Below are positions 1 through 13,460 of a DNA stretch of 64,000 nucleotides, in pieces; within the stretch, counting starts at the first letter, position 1, and every line of letters starts with the position of its first letter. The notes beneath the pieces were generated by a model. It was not told the origin of the DNA and made no database searches. It worked only from the letters and a program-made list of their open reading frames with translations. The stretch is taken from NCBI GenBank assembly GCA_951406725.2, contig OX597820.1:117056001-117120000 (forward strand). Reading direction: 5' to 3'. Made by a program: the position numbers and the translations under genes. This DNA is from Octopus vulgaris (Eukaryota).

Positions 1-237
1 CGTCATAAATGGTCTTGGTGGTACATGGTGTCGACTGAATGCTTAAAAAGAAATTACATCACAGCAAAACTTGCAGCCATGGATGTGTGGTTAAGAAGTT
101 CATTTTGCAACCACGTGATTTCAGGTTCAGTCCCATTTCACAGTACTTTGGGGCAAGTGTTTTCTACTATAGCCCCAGGTCAACCAATGCCTGACGAGTG
201 AATTTGGTAAATGGAAACTGTACAGAAGTCTGTCTAA

Positions 238-272
<35 letters not shown>

Positions 273-313
273 ATATATAATGTATATATCTATGTATTAT
301 ATGTATAGGGTGG

Positions 314-530
314 AAGGCGGTGAGCTGGTAGAAGCGTTAGCATGCCAGGCGAAATGCTTAGCAGTATTTCATCTGTCTTCGTGTTTTGAGTTCAAATTTC
401 GGCAAGGTTGATTTTTGCCTTTCATCCTTTCAGGGTCCATAAATTAAGTACCAGTTGCATACTGGGGTCGATCTAATCGACTGGCTCCCTCCCCAACAAT
501 TTCGGGCCTTGTGCCTAGAGTAGAAAAGAT
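314..530 (+). mobile_element. tRNA-derived SINE family A (tail type ii)
   Basis: Head GGCGGTGAGCTGG...GTTCAAATT (A/B-box-like), central GCCTTTCATCCTTTCRGGGTC...AAGTACCAG; shared with many copies in the window. Confidence 0.85.
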
Positions 531-1791
531 CATATGTGTGGGGTTTTGCACCCCCCCCCACTTCTTTACCACAGGTGTTGCATTGTTTACATAACTGTGA
601 CTTAGCAGTTGGGCAAAACTGGTCAACAGAATAAGTACCTGATTCAGAAATAAGTACTGGAGTTGATTTGTCTGACTAAAAGCCATTCAAGGCAGTGCCC
701 CAGCATGGCCACAGGTGTAAATGATACTATTAGAATATTTAGGGATTTTAATAAGGAAAACAACACTGACTATGAAATTGGTGAAGAAAGTTGAAAAGAA
801 AAAGATAGGAGAGACACCAGCAAAAGTACAGAAAAAAAAAAGAAGGCAGAAAGAGAAATGAAGACCCAAAGAAACCCAAAGCAAGACATGGAAACAGATT
901 CACACATAAAAGTTGTTTAGTCCTATCAGCTCTGATGAAGCAAATCTATGATAAAAGGCTTTCTACTATAACCATCCCAGATTTTATCACATTAATCAAT
1001 AAGTCTTGCCTTTTTAAGATGAAAGGGTGTAATTTGAGGGAGATTTAGATGCTATTTTAGCAGGACAAACAACCATGTCGTGGATCTCTTGGCAGTTTAG
1101 AAATTAAGCCTACAGCAAACAGAATTTGGAACCCAAATCCAACAAATCCTAAGCATTTTACTTTCTTTTTTAAAGTCTTTTGGAGAAAACAAAATGCACG
1201 AAATAGTTCTCAGTTCGTACTCTTTGATGTCAATTGGAATGAGGATTCGTTAATCAATATCTTTGAAAACAAAAGTATCAATAATTGAGAACTTGTAGCT
1301 CTACTGTTCTGAATGATCTTTGTCTCTCTCTCTCTCGTTTATTTCCTAGTTTGAATCAAGTGATCCAGAGGATCAGACTTTATATATGAAAATCACTTAA
1401 GCCATAAATGATTTCTACTTGTTTTTGCATAAGTCCCTTAGCTACTGGACAATTAAGCTGATGATGACTATTGAGACAGAAACATGTCCACAAACATCCT
1501 TTTATCTCCAGACAATGAGTCTGTCCTTTTCTTTAATGGTTTGTCAACTTTGAAGAGTTCTCGTATCTTGAAATTGTCTTCCCTTCTCAAGTGGAACAGG
1601 TCTTTATTATCATTTGGCAATTATGTTACATCCTCTACAGGTCGAGATAATTTTGATTAATCACGATTTTCATGTTGCATGATTCTGGTGTTGAATGTGT
1701 GAATGCATGTGTGAATGCATGCAGATATATAATTTTGGTTCACCTACGTAATCACCTGCTTCGACTGCAATAAACACAATCAAGAAAAATG

Positions 1792-2661
1792 GGGGCTAAT
1801 GCAGTTTCACACCTTTCCTTGAAAAAAATGCATTTTTGGGGAAAACTTTTCAGATTCCTACATTTCAGATATGCAAAAAAAATGCAAAAAAATAATTTTT
1901 TTCAATTTCACCCACCAACTTCTCTCCCCACCCCAAATTAAAATTTTTGATTTTGCTTACTTTAAAGAGATTGTAGCGAATTGACGAACATATGCAAATC
2001 GAAATTAAATCCAGACAAAAACATTAATGTGAAAAGAATTTGAGTATCACTTGTGATTGCTTTAAATAATCGCAAATAATAATATAATGTAAATTAAATA
2101 TACACCATTTTATGAGAAACAAACATTAATATTTAATAATTCATGTTATAAAGTTTTAATAAAGGGCTCAAAATTCACCCCCTCCCCCAATTTTAAATTT
2201 TGAACTTTTTCATCCATTTATTTATTTATTTGTCTAACTATTTATCCGTGTTTGTTTATTCATAAAATATATTTGTCAACTAAATGTGGCGGTCCCATAG
2301 AAGACAGTGCTACTGTTGTTATTTTTGCCACAAAAAGACATTCATATCTACCTATCTCTTTATGCACCTACCTATCTATCTATCTCTCTATACACATATA
2401 TGTTTATTGAATTTAAAATTTTGAAAACGTGGTTTCAGGGGTGGTTTCTTGCACATTCTGAATCTCCGTCATATAAAACGGGGGAAAAAAATTTCAAAAA
2501 GTTGAAAATTTTAACAGGGGTTGGGGGGATACTCTCTTTTTTTTTTTTTTTTTTTTTTTTTCATATTGGTAATTTCTGACATCTAAGACATAGGAATCCA
2601 AAAAAAATATTTTTCAAAAAGCTACATTTTTCAAGGAGAGGTGCAAAACTACATTAACCCC
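1792..2661. mobile_element. Non-autonomous DNA transposon with long TIRs (Mutator/Merlin-like)
   Basis: TIR GGGGCTAATGCAGTTTCACACCTTTCCTTGAAAAA / TTTTTCAAGGAGAGGTGCAAAACTACATTAACCCC, extending imperfectly >80 bp; perfect 8-bp TSD GAAAAATG (1784-1791, 2662-2669). Confidence 0.8.
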
Positions 2662-3190
2662 GAAAAATGTTTACACAGCAAAACAGATTACCTGCAGCAA
2701 ATTGTTGCAAGGCCTGAATTAAAATTATGTAACATTTTATGAGAACTGTTCCATCAAACTGCAGAAATCAGCAAACCAATCTCTTGGAATCAGCTTCTAT
2801 CGGCTCATTTGATGCAAGTCTTTTTATTCTGTCATATGTACACCCACGTGCAGTATTTTTACGATATAATTTTCTAAAATATATTTAAAACAATTTTATG
2901 ATGCAACAGATATATATTTTCTACATATTTTCAAATTATTTTTTATTTTCTGTGAAGACAGGAGTCATAAATGTAGATTTCTGGCAATTTAAGTTAAAAA
3001 TAAAAGAAAAAAAAAACTGCAATCAGTAATTCATGATTACTAAAGTAACTCATGATTACTAGTGTTACACAGGAAAGGCATGAACATCACAATCAGCTTG
3101 TTTTTTTAGAAGGAAATTAAGACTCATCTCAGAAGTATTTTACAACCATCTATTTTTACTGTGAGTGCAAGCATGGCTGTCTGGTTAAGT

Positions 3191-3356
3191 CAACGGTTCT
3201 CAACCTTTTTAGTATCCAAACAGATCCCAAACCAAAAAAAAAAAAAAATAGTAAAACACAAGTCAAAGAAAAATTTATCATACTTTTAGAGGGAAGTCTG
3301 TCAGGTGCCAAAAGGATGCCTGGGGGGTGCTTGGGAGCTGTGGCTGAGAACTGCTA
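3191..3356. mobile_element. hAT/Charlie-like MITE
   Basis: Termini CAACGGTTCTCAACC / GGCTGAGAACTGCTA; 8-bp TSD GGTTAAGT/GGTTAAGG. Confidence 0.6.
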
Positions 3357-3784
3357 GGTTAAGGGTTAAGTAGTTTGTGATTCCAGGTACATTCAGCCAA
3401 TGTCATCTCACATAGGCTCAGGTGAAACCAAGTCATAATGAATGGAAGTGGGTCAAAGAAAACTGTGATAAAGCCTACCAGATAGACTCTACCTGATCTT
3501 AAACACCATCATCACACCTCTGAGTGGCCTTAGCAGTGTCCATTCTGCTGCAAACATTCAGGCCAGGTTTCCAATTTAAAGATAACTTGATACAAGTTGC
3601 TATAATGCGGGAAGTGGAGTTTTGATTTCTTCCTACCTTTTCCCATCACTCTTGGAAGAACTGCAAAAGGGTCACAGGCACCAGCCATCTAGTAAACCAA
3701 AGCTTTTTTTTAAATGGTAGGAATACAGGTAAGCTTTAGAGGTAAGAATACAGGTAAGATTTAGAGAGACAAAATATGTCTTAA

Positions 3785-4049
3785 CCCTTTAGCATTTAAT
3801 CTAACCCAAATATTTTACCAGTTTTATGTTAAAACTGACCAGATCAAACCACTCACACTTACCCTACAATGTCATTCTAAAAATATATAATACACCATTG
3901 AAATCTTGAAGCTACAAGTTAATGCATAATTAATTCGAAACAATGTGAATCATCATCGTCATCATCGTTTAACATCCACTTTCCATGCTAGCATGGGTTG
4001 GACTATAAATAAGTAATACACTTGACAAAGAAATCTGAATGTTAAAAGG
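3785..4049 (+). mobile_element. piggyBac-type MITE family F with a short LINE-tail insertion
   Basis: TTAA|CCCTTTAGCATTT...AATGTTAAAAGG|TTAA; homologous to 31364-31568 and 39830-40050. Confidence 0.75.
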
Positions 4050-4700
4050 TTAAAAAGTTGTCAGCCCTTGAGTGAAAGAGAGATGACTTTTGTTGGTAAA
4101 GAGTATGTAAATGGATGATGAATGATCTGAGTGTTGGCAGGGGAAGGCCTAACCTTAAGAATTTTGAGAGAAAAATGGTAAAATTAGCTCTCAATATGAT
4201 GGTGCCTTAGACTTAAGGGGCAGTGGACTGGAAGAAGCGTTAGTACAGTGGACAAAATGGAAAGTGGTATTTAGTTGCAGGTTTTAACATTCTGATTTTG
4301 AATCCTGCCAAAGTTAACTTCACCTTACATTCTTTCAGGTGCAAATGAGATACAGTAAACGGCAATAAAATAAATTAGGAACTGGTGGCTACCTTCACTC
4401 CCGGATGCCTTGCACCTGTGTTAAAAATCTACATGGGCCTAGCAATTATTGACAAAATATCCAATTTATACTAAAATATAGAATGAATTTTTTTGATTAT
4501 AATACAGAATGTTTAAACCATAAGAAATAAAGTGTTGAATGGCAGTGAGTACCAGTTTTGTACAAAAGTATTGTAAAACATGCAGAATAGTATTGAAAAA
4601 CGAGAAAAAGATATCAAAAGATATAATACTTTTAAAGGACAATATGGAAATATGGGGTTTAAAAGGTTTGAAAGATGGTACATTAAGGTGTGGTGTAAAG

Positions 4701-5302
4701 CAGTGCTACTCAAAGTGGTGTCCGCAGACTGGTGCTGCTCTGTGAGCCATCAGCTGCTGGTACGCGGCTAGTTTCCAGAAAAGAAAGAAACATTATCAAA
4801 TGCTTATATAATATTTTTTTTTTATTTCATCTAGTTTCAGCTCACGAGCTGTGGCCTTGCTGGGGCACCACCATTAATAAATGCACCCTTTTAAAGCCTA
4901 GCCAGGCTCATGGGCCCGGTTTCCCGGTTTCAATGATGTATGTGTTCCCCAGCTGGATGAGACGCTAATCCATTGCAGAGTTACTCATTTTTGCCAGCTG
5001 AGTGGACTGGAGCAACGTGAAATGAAGTGTTTTGCTCAAGAACACAATGCGTCGCCCGGTCCAGGAATCGAAACCACAATCTTATGATCATGATGCTGAC
5101 ACCCTAACCACTAAGCCACACGCCTCCACATGTATTGTTTACAAAATAAATATATGATAAAAAAAAATTATCAACTTTTATTATATTCCTTATATATATT
5201 GTTTCGGTATAAATTTATATTACTAAGAAATATTACCGGTCCCTGGTACATTGGTAAAAAAAAACTGCCAGTGTGCCACATCAGATAGTTTGAGAAGTAC
5301 TG
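4701..5302. mobile_element. hAT/Charlie-like MITE interrupted by a SINE
   Basis: TIR CAGTGCTACTCAAA / TTTGAGAAGTACTG. Confidence 0.6.
4829..5130 (-). mobile_element. tRNA-derived SINE (CORE-like plus V-like domains)
   Basis: Minus: TGGCTTAGTGG A box, TTTCGATTCC B box, TGTGTTCTTGAGCAAAACACTT, then GCAATGGATTAGCGTCTCATCCAG. Confidence 0.75.
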
Positions 5303-5755
5303 AGTGAAACATGGTACAATCTTAGAATCCAGCCATCATCATTTTCCATATAAAAAAAAAGCAATAAAAATAGCTAATTAAAATCTATGATTTATGGGAA
5401 GGGAACTTCTACTCCCTAAAAACAAGAGAAAGAAAACCCTTTGTTCACCTGGATCATATAAGATCAAAGATGATAAGTAGGTGGTGAAAACTGGACACTT
5501 TATAACTGGTGGCAACCAAATGGTACAAACAACAGGTGACATGCGATAAATGGTGTTAGGACTCTCTCCTACCCACCCTCATAAAACTGAGTGAAGTCAC
5601 TTTACAACCCACAACAGGTGAACCCTGATATAATGGTGATGGTTGTTGAACTGATTCAAAAGGGATAATTTCACTAATCATTAGACAGGTTTTATTAATC
5701 TATTAATCAGAATTGTTTTCAGCTTCACCCATCAGATAAATATAAATGAATGGGC

Positions 5756-6101
5756 GGAGGCGCAATGGCCTAATGGTTAGGGCAGCGGACTCGCGGTTTC
5801 GATTCCCAGACCGGGCGTTGTGAGTGTTTATTGAGCGAAAACACCTAAAGCTCCACGAGGCTCCGGCAGGGGATGGTGGTGATCCCTGCTGTACTCTTTC
5901 ACCACAACTTTCTCTCACTCTTACTTCCTGTTTCTGTTGTACCTGTATTTCAAAGGGCCGGCCTAGTCACTCTCTGTGTCACGCTGAATATCCTCGAGAA
6001 CTATGTTAAGGGTACACGTGTCTGTGGAGTGTTCAGCCACTTACACGTTAATTTCACGAGCAGGCTGTTCCGTTGATTTGGATCAACCGGAACCCTCGTC
6101 G
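5756..6101 (+). mobile_element. tRNA-derived SINE family C
   Basis: Nearly identical to 40518-40888; A box TGGCCTAATGG, B-box-like TTTCGATTCC. Confidence 0.85.
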
Positions 6102-6104
6102 TTA

Positions 6105-6614
6105 AAATTAATTGAAAGAAACACAGAGCATCTCAACAGAAGTATGGTAACAAAAGGGTTAACAAATGATTAATTTAACCCTTTTGATACCAACCTGGCT
6201 CTGTAATACAAAAGTCTTGTTTTCATAAGTTTTGAATTAAAATCTTCCACCAAACCTTAGTCACAATTTATGTTCCTAACACTAGATGAATGATAACTAA
6301 GTTATTTTACTAAATTCTTTGTTATATTTAAATTAATTGAAAGAACCACAAAGCATCTCAACAGAAATATGGTAACAAAAGGGTTAACAAATGATTAATT
6401 TAACCCTTTTGATACCAACCCTGGCTCTGTAATACAAAAGTCTTGTTTTCATAAGTTTTGAATTAAAATCTTCCACCAAACCTTAGTCACAATTTATGTT
6501 CCTAACACTAGATTAATGATAACTAAGTTATTTTACTAAATTCTTTGTTATATTTAAAATTAATTGAAAGAAACACAGAGCATCTGAACAGAAATACAGT
6601 AACGAAAGGGTTAA
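6105..6614 (+). repeat. Tandem array of piggyBac-type MITE family E (one partial plus two full copies, period 225 bp)
   Basis: TTAA|CCCTTT...AAAGGG|TTAA units at 6179-6383 and 6404-6610, each preceded by the identical spacer CAAATGATTAAT. Confidence 0.9.
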
Positions 6615-7298
6615 ACTCATGAACTATGAGCCTGCTGGTAATGTCCCTTAATCACTTCACTCTTGGTTTTGCCTTTTATTTAGCATAATTACATGTAAAA
6701 AGTAGATAACATCATTATCCAGTTAGCATTTTGATGGTATTATATTCTTTTACCAATCATCGAAGGTGCCACATGGTGAGATCATACTGAAAACCAAATG
6801 GTTACAAAAGACACTTGTTAACCACATGTGGTTTTATATATATATATATACACTCATGCTCTGTATATCACTGAGATGACATCAGAACTAAAATGCAACA
6901 TAAAACTAACGTTCAATTGCTATAAATGTTCCATTTCAGACAAATGAATACTTCAGACAAATTCAATACGGCATAATGTAAGTACAATTCTTAAAAAAAA
7001 AAAATATTAAAAAATAATAAAAAAATAGACAGCAGTCATCAAGTCTCACATTTTTATACCAATATACCAAAAAAGAAAAGACACCAAGTTAGTATGTGAT
7101 TTCTCATATTGTTTGATTCCTGCCAATTTTTTTTAAACGTCATCATTTTCCAGGTGAGCAAATTGTGGTTCTCTACATTTTAATACATTCATATGAATTC
7201 TTTTTTATAGCAGCATGCTCCTTTATCTTTATTTTTAAAATTTTTTTTTTATAACAGCTCAATTATGAATTGGGAACAATGCTTTTTAATTTTCTCAC

Positions 7299-7495
7299 TT
7301 TGGTAGGAGTTAAAAGCGCCAAACATAAAAGCATTGTCTGCAACGGAGATTAAATCTTTGATCTGTAGATTCTGCTTAAAGCAACTTCTCTCATCCCACT
7401 TCAGCTAAGTCTAACTTGGAGATACTAGCAATCTTTAAATTGTTAAATACTTCAAATAACAGGGAGAGAAAGAGAGAGAGAGAAAGCTGAACTGA
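7299..7495 (-). other. Candidate alternative first exon (MFGAFNSYQ phase 1 or MLLCLALLTPTK phase 0)
   Basis: Inr-like TCAGTT at 7495-7490, CT-rich leader, ATGs at 7334/7326, donor GTGAGA at 7298-7293. Confidence 0.3.
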
Positions 7496-8169
7496 GACTT
7501 TATGTTGAATAATTAAGGATTCAGTCAGTATTAGTCAGATATAATGCAAGAGCCTAGTTCTACAAGGTCGAGGGTAATCGTGTGTTTGTGCATGTATGTG
7601 AAAGCTGGGAAAACCTGAATAGGTTAATTATAGCACAGATGTATAGACAACCGTTGATAAAATTAGAAACAGGGAAACTAATTCATGTGTAGGTGTATGT
7701 AGAAGAGAGAAGAGAGGGAAAGACATTTTCACAATTAACTTTACCTTAATAACATTTTCTCAATTATAAACTTATTTATTACTTAACCTTCAACTACTTT
7801 AAAAATAAACAAACTGTCTGCTTTCCATTCTGCAATTCTGAACAACTGAAATATTTCAAATAATGGGAAGCACTACATACTATATTATTTAAGAAATGTT
7901 GGTAAATGAAAATATCTAAAACATTTAACCAATGTGTCAATGAATTTTAATATTACACTGAAAATATGGTGTTGCTGTGAAGTTCATCTTGGTAGTATAG
8001 TCTGAGATTTTGGTAAGCCAACTGAGGTACCGAAAAGGACTAATTTCAGGATCATTGTCTGTTGACAGTTTCCACTTATTCTAAGTCTTTTGTTATGTTG
8101 CTTTGCTAAGAACATTCGGTTACATTCCCCAAGAATATACTGAAAGTTTTGGGGAAAAACAGGCTTTAA

Positions 8170-8390
8170 CCCTTTCGTTACCAACCCGGCCAAAACCGGT
8201 TCTGGCTCTGTAGTATAAATGTCTTGTTTTCATTAGTTTTTCATTAAAATCTTCCATCAAGCTTTAGTCACAATTTATGTTCCTAACACTAGCTTAATGA
8301 TAACTAAGTTATTTTACTAAATTCTTTGTTATATTTAAAATAATTGAAAGAAATTTTGAGCATCTCAAAATAAATACAGTAATGAAAGGG
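8170..8390 (+). mobile_element. piggyBac-type MITE family E
   Basis: TTAA TSD and CCCTTTC/GAAAGGG TIRs; other copies at ~16714-16892, 26089-26293, 32457-32976 and 35961-36180. Confidence 0.9.
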
Positions 8391-9253
8391 TTAAGTATAA
8401 ATATGTCAACGAATAAATCAGCTTCTATGTGGTTGGTCAACCTGCTAAAATAGCAGCAAATTTTCCCTTATATCACACACTAGTCATCATCTTGAAAAAA
8501 AAACATGAATATGAAGTCAAAAATAATGTTTCTTTCCTTTCTTTTTCCTTTCTAGAAAATAATCAGACAGGAATGGTTACTGTGTTTTGGGTAAAAAGAA
8601 TTCATAAAATATTTTGGTAGATTCCAGTAAAGCTAAAAAGTATTAAGTTCAAACAATGTAATAAATAATATTTCAGGAAGTTCAAGGAAGCGTTTTGCAT
8701 ATTTTCCATAACATGGTAATAAAATAGGTTCTAGTTATAGAACTCCCAATGTGAGGAAGGGATTCTATGAAGGGTAGTCATAAAAATGGAACTTTTAAAG
8801 GGTGAGGTATTTAAGGTATCGTATATGGGGAAAGGGGTGGAATCTGGTGGATTTGCAGGCAGAGAAAGAGAAATCCAATATCTTACTTGACTGGCATCAG
8901 ATTCAAGACAGAGCAATGAATAGTAACCAACAGACGAAGAAATTAGAAGGTCTCAGAAGAGATTTGCTACAGGTGCAGAATAGGAAGACCTGGGCTCTAA
9001 CATCCATAGAATCATCAGTTTATGGTTGTTTCTCCATGCTTGTATGGATCTGATATTAATCATTTTTGTTATAAAACACAGAAAGATAAGAAAAATTCTA
9101 TTAAGCCAAAATGTTTAAGAAAAACAAAAAAGAATTCATCATCTTCATCGTGTAATGTCAGCCTTCCTCATTGGCATGGGTTGGATGGTCTGACAGGAGT
9201 TGTGGCCAGCTGAAGAGGTTGTCTGGGTTCCATTTTCTTTTCTTTTCTTTTAT

Positions 9254-9584
9254 TCTTTTACTTGTTTCAGTCATTTGACTGCAGCCATGCTGGAGCACCA
9301 CCTTTAGTCGAGCAAATCGACTCCCGGACTTATTCTATCAGTCTCTTTTGCCGAACTGCTAAGTTATGGGGACGTAAACACACACCAGCATCGGTTGTCA
9401 AGCAATGTTGGACACACACACACACACGACGGGCTTCTTTCAGTTTCCGTCTGCCAAATCCACCCGCAAGGCTTTGGTCGGCCCAAGGCTATAGTAGAAG
9501 ACACTCGCCCAAGTTGCCACGCAGTGGGACTGAACCCAGAACCACGTGGTTGGTAAGCAAGCTACTTACCACACAGCCACTCCT
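9254..9584 (-). mobile_element. tRNA/CORE-like SINE family B nested in a LINE 3' UTR fragment
   Basis: Minus head CAGGAGTGGCTGTGTGGTAAG...GGTTCAGTCCC...CTTGGGCGAGTGTCTTCT, internal (GT)n, tail GACTGAAACAAGTAAAAGA. Confidence 0.85.
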
Positions 9585-10700
9585 GGCATGCTTTCTACGG
9601 CTGGATGCCCTTCCTAACACCAACAACTTTACAGGGTGTACCAGGTGCTTTTAAGCAGTGCTGGCCCAGGTACTTTTACATGGTACCAGCACAGGTGCTT
9701 TTTACATTAATCTTGTAGTGTCTTGGGAGGGTCATTATGCCAATAAAACAAGATTTGTTTCAACACATGAATTTACATCAAGAATCTTGAAGAGAAATAT
9801 ATTAATCCTTTACTTATGGTTACTGATAATAGATCTTTTTGGTTTTCCTTCCAAAGGGAAAACTACATTCTATTCTTTAGTATTCTTGTAGAAGGAGATG
9901 CTGCAAATTGCATTCGTACCACACGGTTGTTTGATTACGTATAAAAAGAGTATTCAACAGTAAAACAAATTTTTCTAACAAAATAAGAAAAAAAAATTCC
10001 CAGCCATTCAAGCAGAGAAGAATTAATGAAAAACATAAAACAGTGTTGAATAAACTTTATGTATTTAATTAAAATCTTAGGCAATGTCTTACTGAACAGC
10101 CTTATGATCAAAAGGTCTCTCAGCCATGACCATCTGGTCAACTTTTTTCAGACAATAATATTATGCCATCCAATATGTCCTTCAGTTTTGTTTTCAAATC
10201 AGTAGAGCATAAATTGAAGATCTGACTGGTATTTCTAGCATATCAAGCAGCTCTCAAGAGTCTACTTTATTTAACTCCTGATTTTTCAAGTTTTCTTACT
10301 ACTTAAGCAAAAAAAAAAAAAAATTCTAGAAATTTATTATCAGTTTTACTTCTACCTTTCTATGTTGGCATGGATCGGACAGTTTTCTGAATATCAACAC
10401 CCTTCTTGCCTCCAACCTTTTTAGTCACCTCTTATGACACATAAGGGTACAGTGTACTCATTCCTAAAATGGAACACTGGTAGTAAGATAGACATTTTAG
10501 AGTTATGGCAGCTACAAGAGAGAATCCTTATCTTAAATTAGTATTGTCAGGTACAGACACAGCCTACTTCATCACAAGCTATTACCTTATCCATGCCTAC
10601 AATTTATAATTATGGAGATTTCAGTAGATTTTAATTGAAATAATAGAAATATTAAAATTACTAAGTCTCTCTAAAGGAGATTACGGCAGTGTTACTGGAT

Positions 10701-10911
10701 ATTAATAGTTATCGCCATACTAATATGGCAGTCTAAATATAAGACTAAAGCTGTCACTTATTAGCTCCAAGAGGCCACCACCTCTAGCTAGCTATATGAC
10801 ACACGAACCTGCGTCCATTACAAGCTAGGGGCGGTGGCCTCTTGGAGCTAATCAGCGACAGCTTTAGTTTTATATTTAGACTGCCATATTAGTATGGCGA
10901 TAACTATTAAT
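10701..10911. repeat. Long inverted repeat (89-bp arms, 33-nt loop)
   Basis: 10701-10789 is the reverse complement of 10823-10911 with about 5 differences. Confidence 0.95.
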
Positions 10912-12439
10912 TGAAATAGTTATCCTTTATTAGTAATTCCTAGCTTATTAAAAGGAAATAGTACCAATATCTTAAATTACTGTTTCTCATTTTCAGCCAC
11001 GAAATTGGTAGGAAATTGATAGTGTTTGCTTAAATCAACTCACAAGAGAGAGAGGGAATAAAAGGGGGGGTTGCATGCTGATGGAGGACCAAAGACTTAA
11101 CACAAAAATCACGACAGGGCCATGATTGCGGGTGTTAGGCACAGGTCGACACAGGCCACAATCGTGGCCCAGATAGATGCATTTAATTTATGGGTGTTTG
11201 TTGGGGGTCTAATGTCACTTAAATGCACCGATACCCCCCAGAATGCAAGAGGACTAATAGTTCAACTAATGACTTTTCAGATGATGTAAAACTTGCCACC
11301 ATTACATACTAAGAAGATATTTTAACTACTTTTTTGTTTTTTATGTATGTGCATAGTAGTCTCATTTTCATAAAAATTTGCTCAGCAGTCCCTTCTATGT
11401 AAGAGCAAATCCCAGTGCTTTACGGGTTAATACTTCAAATGGACTCTTATTACAGGTTCTCGTTTTCAATAAAGGACTCTCCCTAAAATGTCAAGTTATC
11501 TCACATTACACTAACAGACATCTCTTCTGTTCCTTATTTGGTTTTTTTGTACAATGCTCTTAATTTTTGTGTATCAAACAAACACGATCAAACATACCCT
11601 AGTTCTGACCATTGTCTTTCTCTTAGTGGGAAAGAGAGAGGAGCAACTTAATCCATTTCTAGTAGACCAAGCAAGCACGTAAAACTGTAGGGTTGTCATT
11701 TTAGACACTTTGTTTGCATTTCTGTAACCCCCTAGTAAAATTTACAACTGTTTTTGAATCCTGAATATATTTTATTTATTAATGAAAATTATTTCTAAAT
11801 TCAGAGATAATCCTTGACAAGTTTTACATGTATTCCAGCTTTAGAAGAGGGGCTCAACAACCCTGCATGTTGTAAAAGATGATTAAAAGGGTTAGTAACA
11901 CAAAACACTATCTCAGGAGAACCCAATCAATCCATGCCAGCATAAAAAAGCTAAAGCAAAATGAATCTTTGATCGGCCAATTCCAGTATGGTTATAGTAA
12001 AAACTGATACTGCAGGTATTCTTCCTGGCTGGATATTTATAATTTAGCATTGATAGGAATGTTTGCCAGTCTTTAATTTCTACTTTAAAGTGACTGATTT
12101 CTTCAGAAGTCTCCAGAACAGTTGAATAAATTATAAGCTAGATCAAGTTCAGCAAGCCTGAAATTAATCTGGCTCATAATTTCAATTAATGATAAACATG
12201 ACAGAAAAACCAAAATAAATAAGAAATTGAAGTTTGTACTCTTCTGTAAACATTGCCACAGTTTATCAAGTTGTTAGGAATAGGTTAGAGACCATAGTCC
12301 ATTTCCAAGACAGCATTTCTTATTTCATACCATGCCACTGGCCCTTAAAAGCATCTTAGAGCTTAAGAGACATTCACACGCGTGATGAGGAGGAGGGTGA
12401 TATATATTGATTTTAGCATCTACTGCCCTTATATCAACA

Positions 12440-12690
12440 CCAACAGCCGCAATTGCAAAATGGGTGAAGAAACGGGAGAACACGTGCTGTTGGAGTGCCC
12501 AGCTATCCATCCGTCAATCCGCGGTCAGCTGACGGACCCCGGGGCGATTGCAAAGGAGCCCAGACTGGCATTCAAGGTGTGGGGGAAATGGCTGAAGATG
12601 GCAGAGAAGCAGGTGGTGATTGAGGAGCAGCACTAACCAACTATCCAGCCGGTAGTTGCTAAACAACAACAACAACAACAACAATAATAA
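12440..12690 (+). mobile_element. 3' fragment of a non-LTR retrotransposon (C-terminal CCHC knuckle; I/Ingi/Nimb-like)
   Basis: RNCKMGEETGEHVLLECPA motif, stop at 12636, GC-rich island, (AAC)n/(AAT)n tail. Confidence 0.7.
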
Positions 12691-13460
12691 TCTGGCAGGA
12701 TGTCTACTCACATCGACAACCATCACTGTAATTCTCAAGGACAGCAATGAAAATCTCTGTACTCTAATAAACACTTTGATCTTCTGACAAAAATATCACC
12801 AAAAATGAAGTTGAAAACCCACCAAACTACAAGGAATTTGAAATGGAAACAAACAACATGTAGGGCATGAAAGTGAAGCTACTCTCACAATTGGGGTTCT
12901 TGGTTGGATAAACAAGAAAATGAAACATGAACCAAGCCATGGGGAAAAGAAAACAAAAAAGAAACAAGGTATGGTAACATGGTTCCAGGTTCAGTCCCAC
13001 TGCATGGCACCTTGGGCAAGTGTCTTCTACTCTATAGCCTCAGACTGACAAAAGCCTTGTGAGTGCATTTAAAAAAAAGTCCTGGGGTTGATTCCTTTAA
13101 CTAAAGAACTCCTTCAATGTGCTGCCCCAGCATGGTCACAGTCTAATGACAGAACAAGTAAAAGATAAATCAAGGCCAAGGTTCACAGTTCTCTACACAA
13201 CCTACGAAACAGCCTCGTTAAGGACAGACTACATCCTACACAAGACACTTTCCATTCAATAGTACAACTCACACAGCACATACCCTACATAATCACCAGC
13301 CATCAAATTAACATATACTGTTACATAATCGACATCCAACACTAATCACAATCAACAGCTTGCAAAACTCCTTTACCACCTACGTCTCACAAAGCAGCAC
13401 ATATTATTCTACACAATCAGCAAGCAACAAAATAACACAACTCCTATAGCACATATACTA

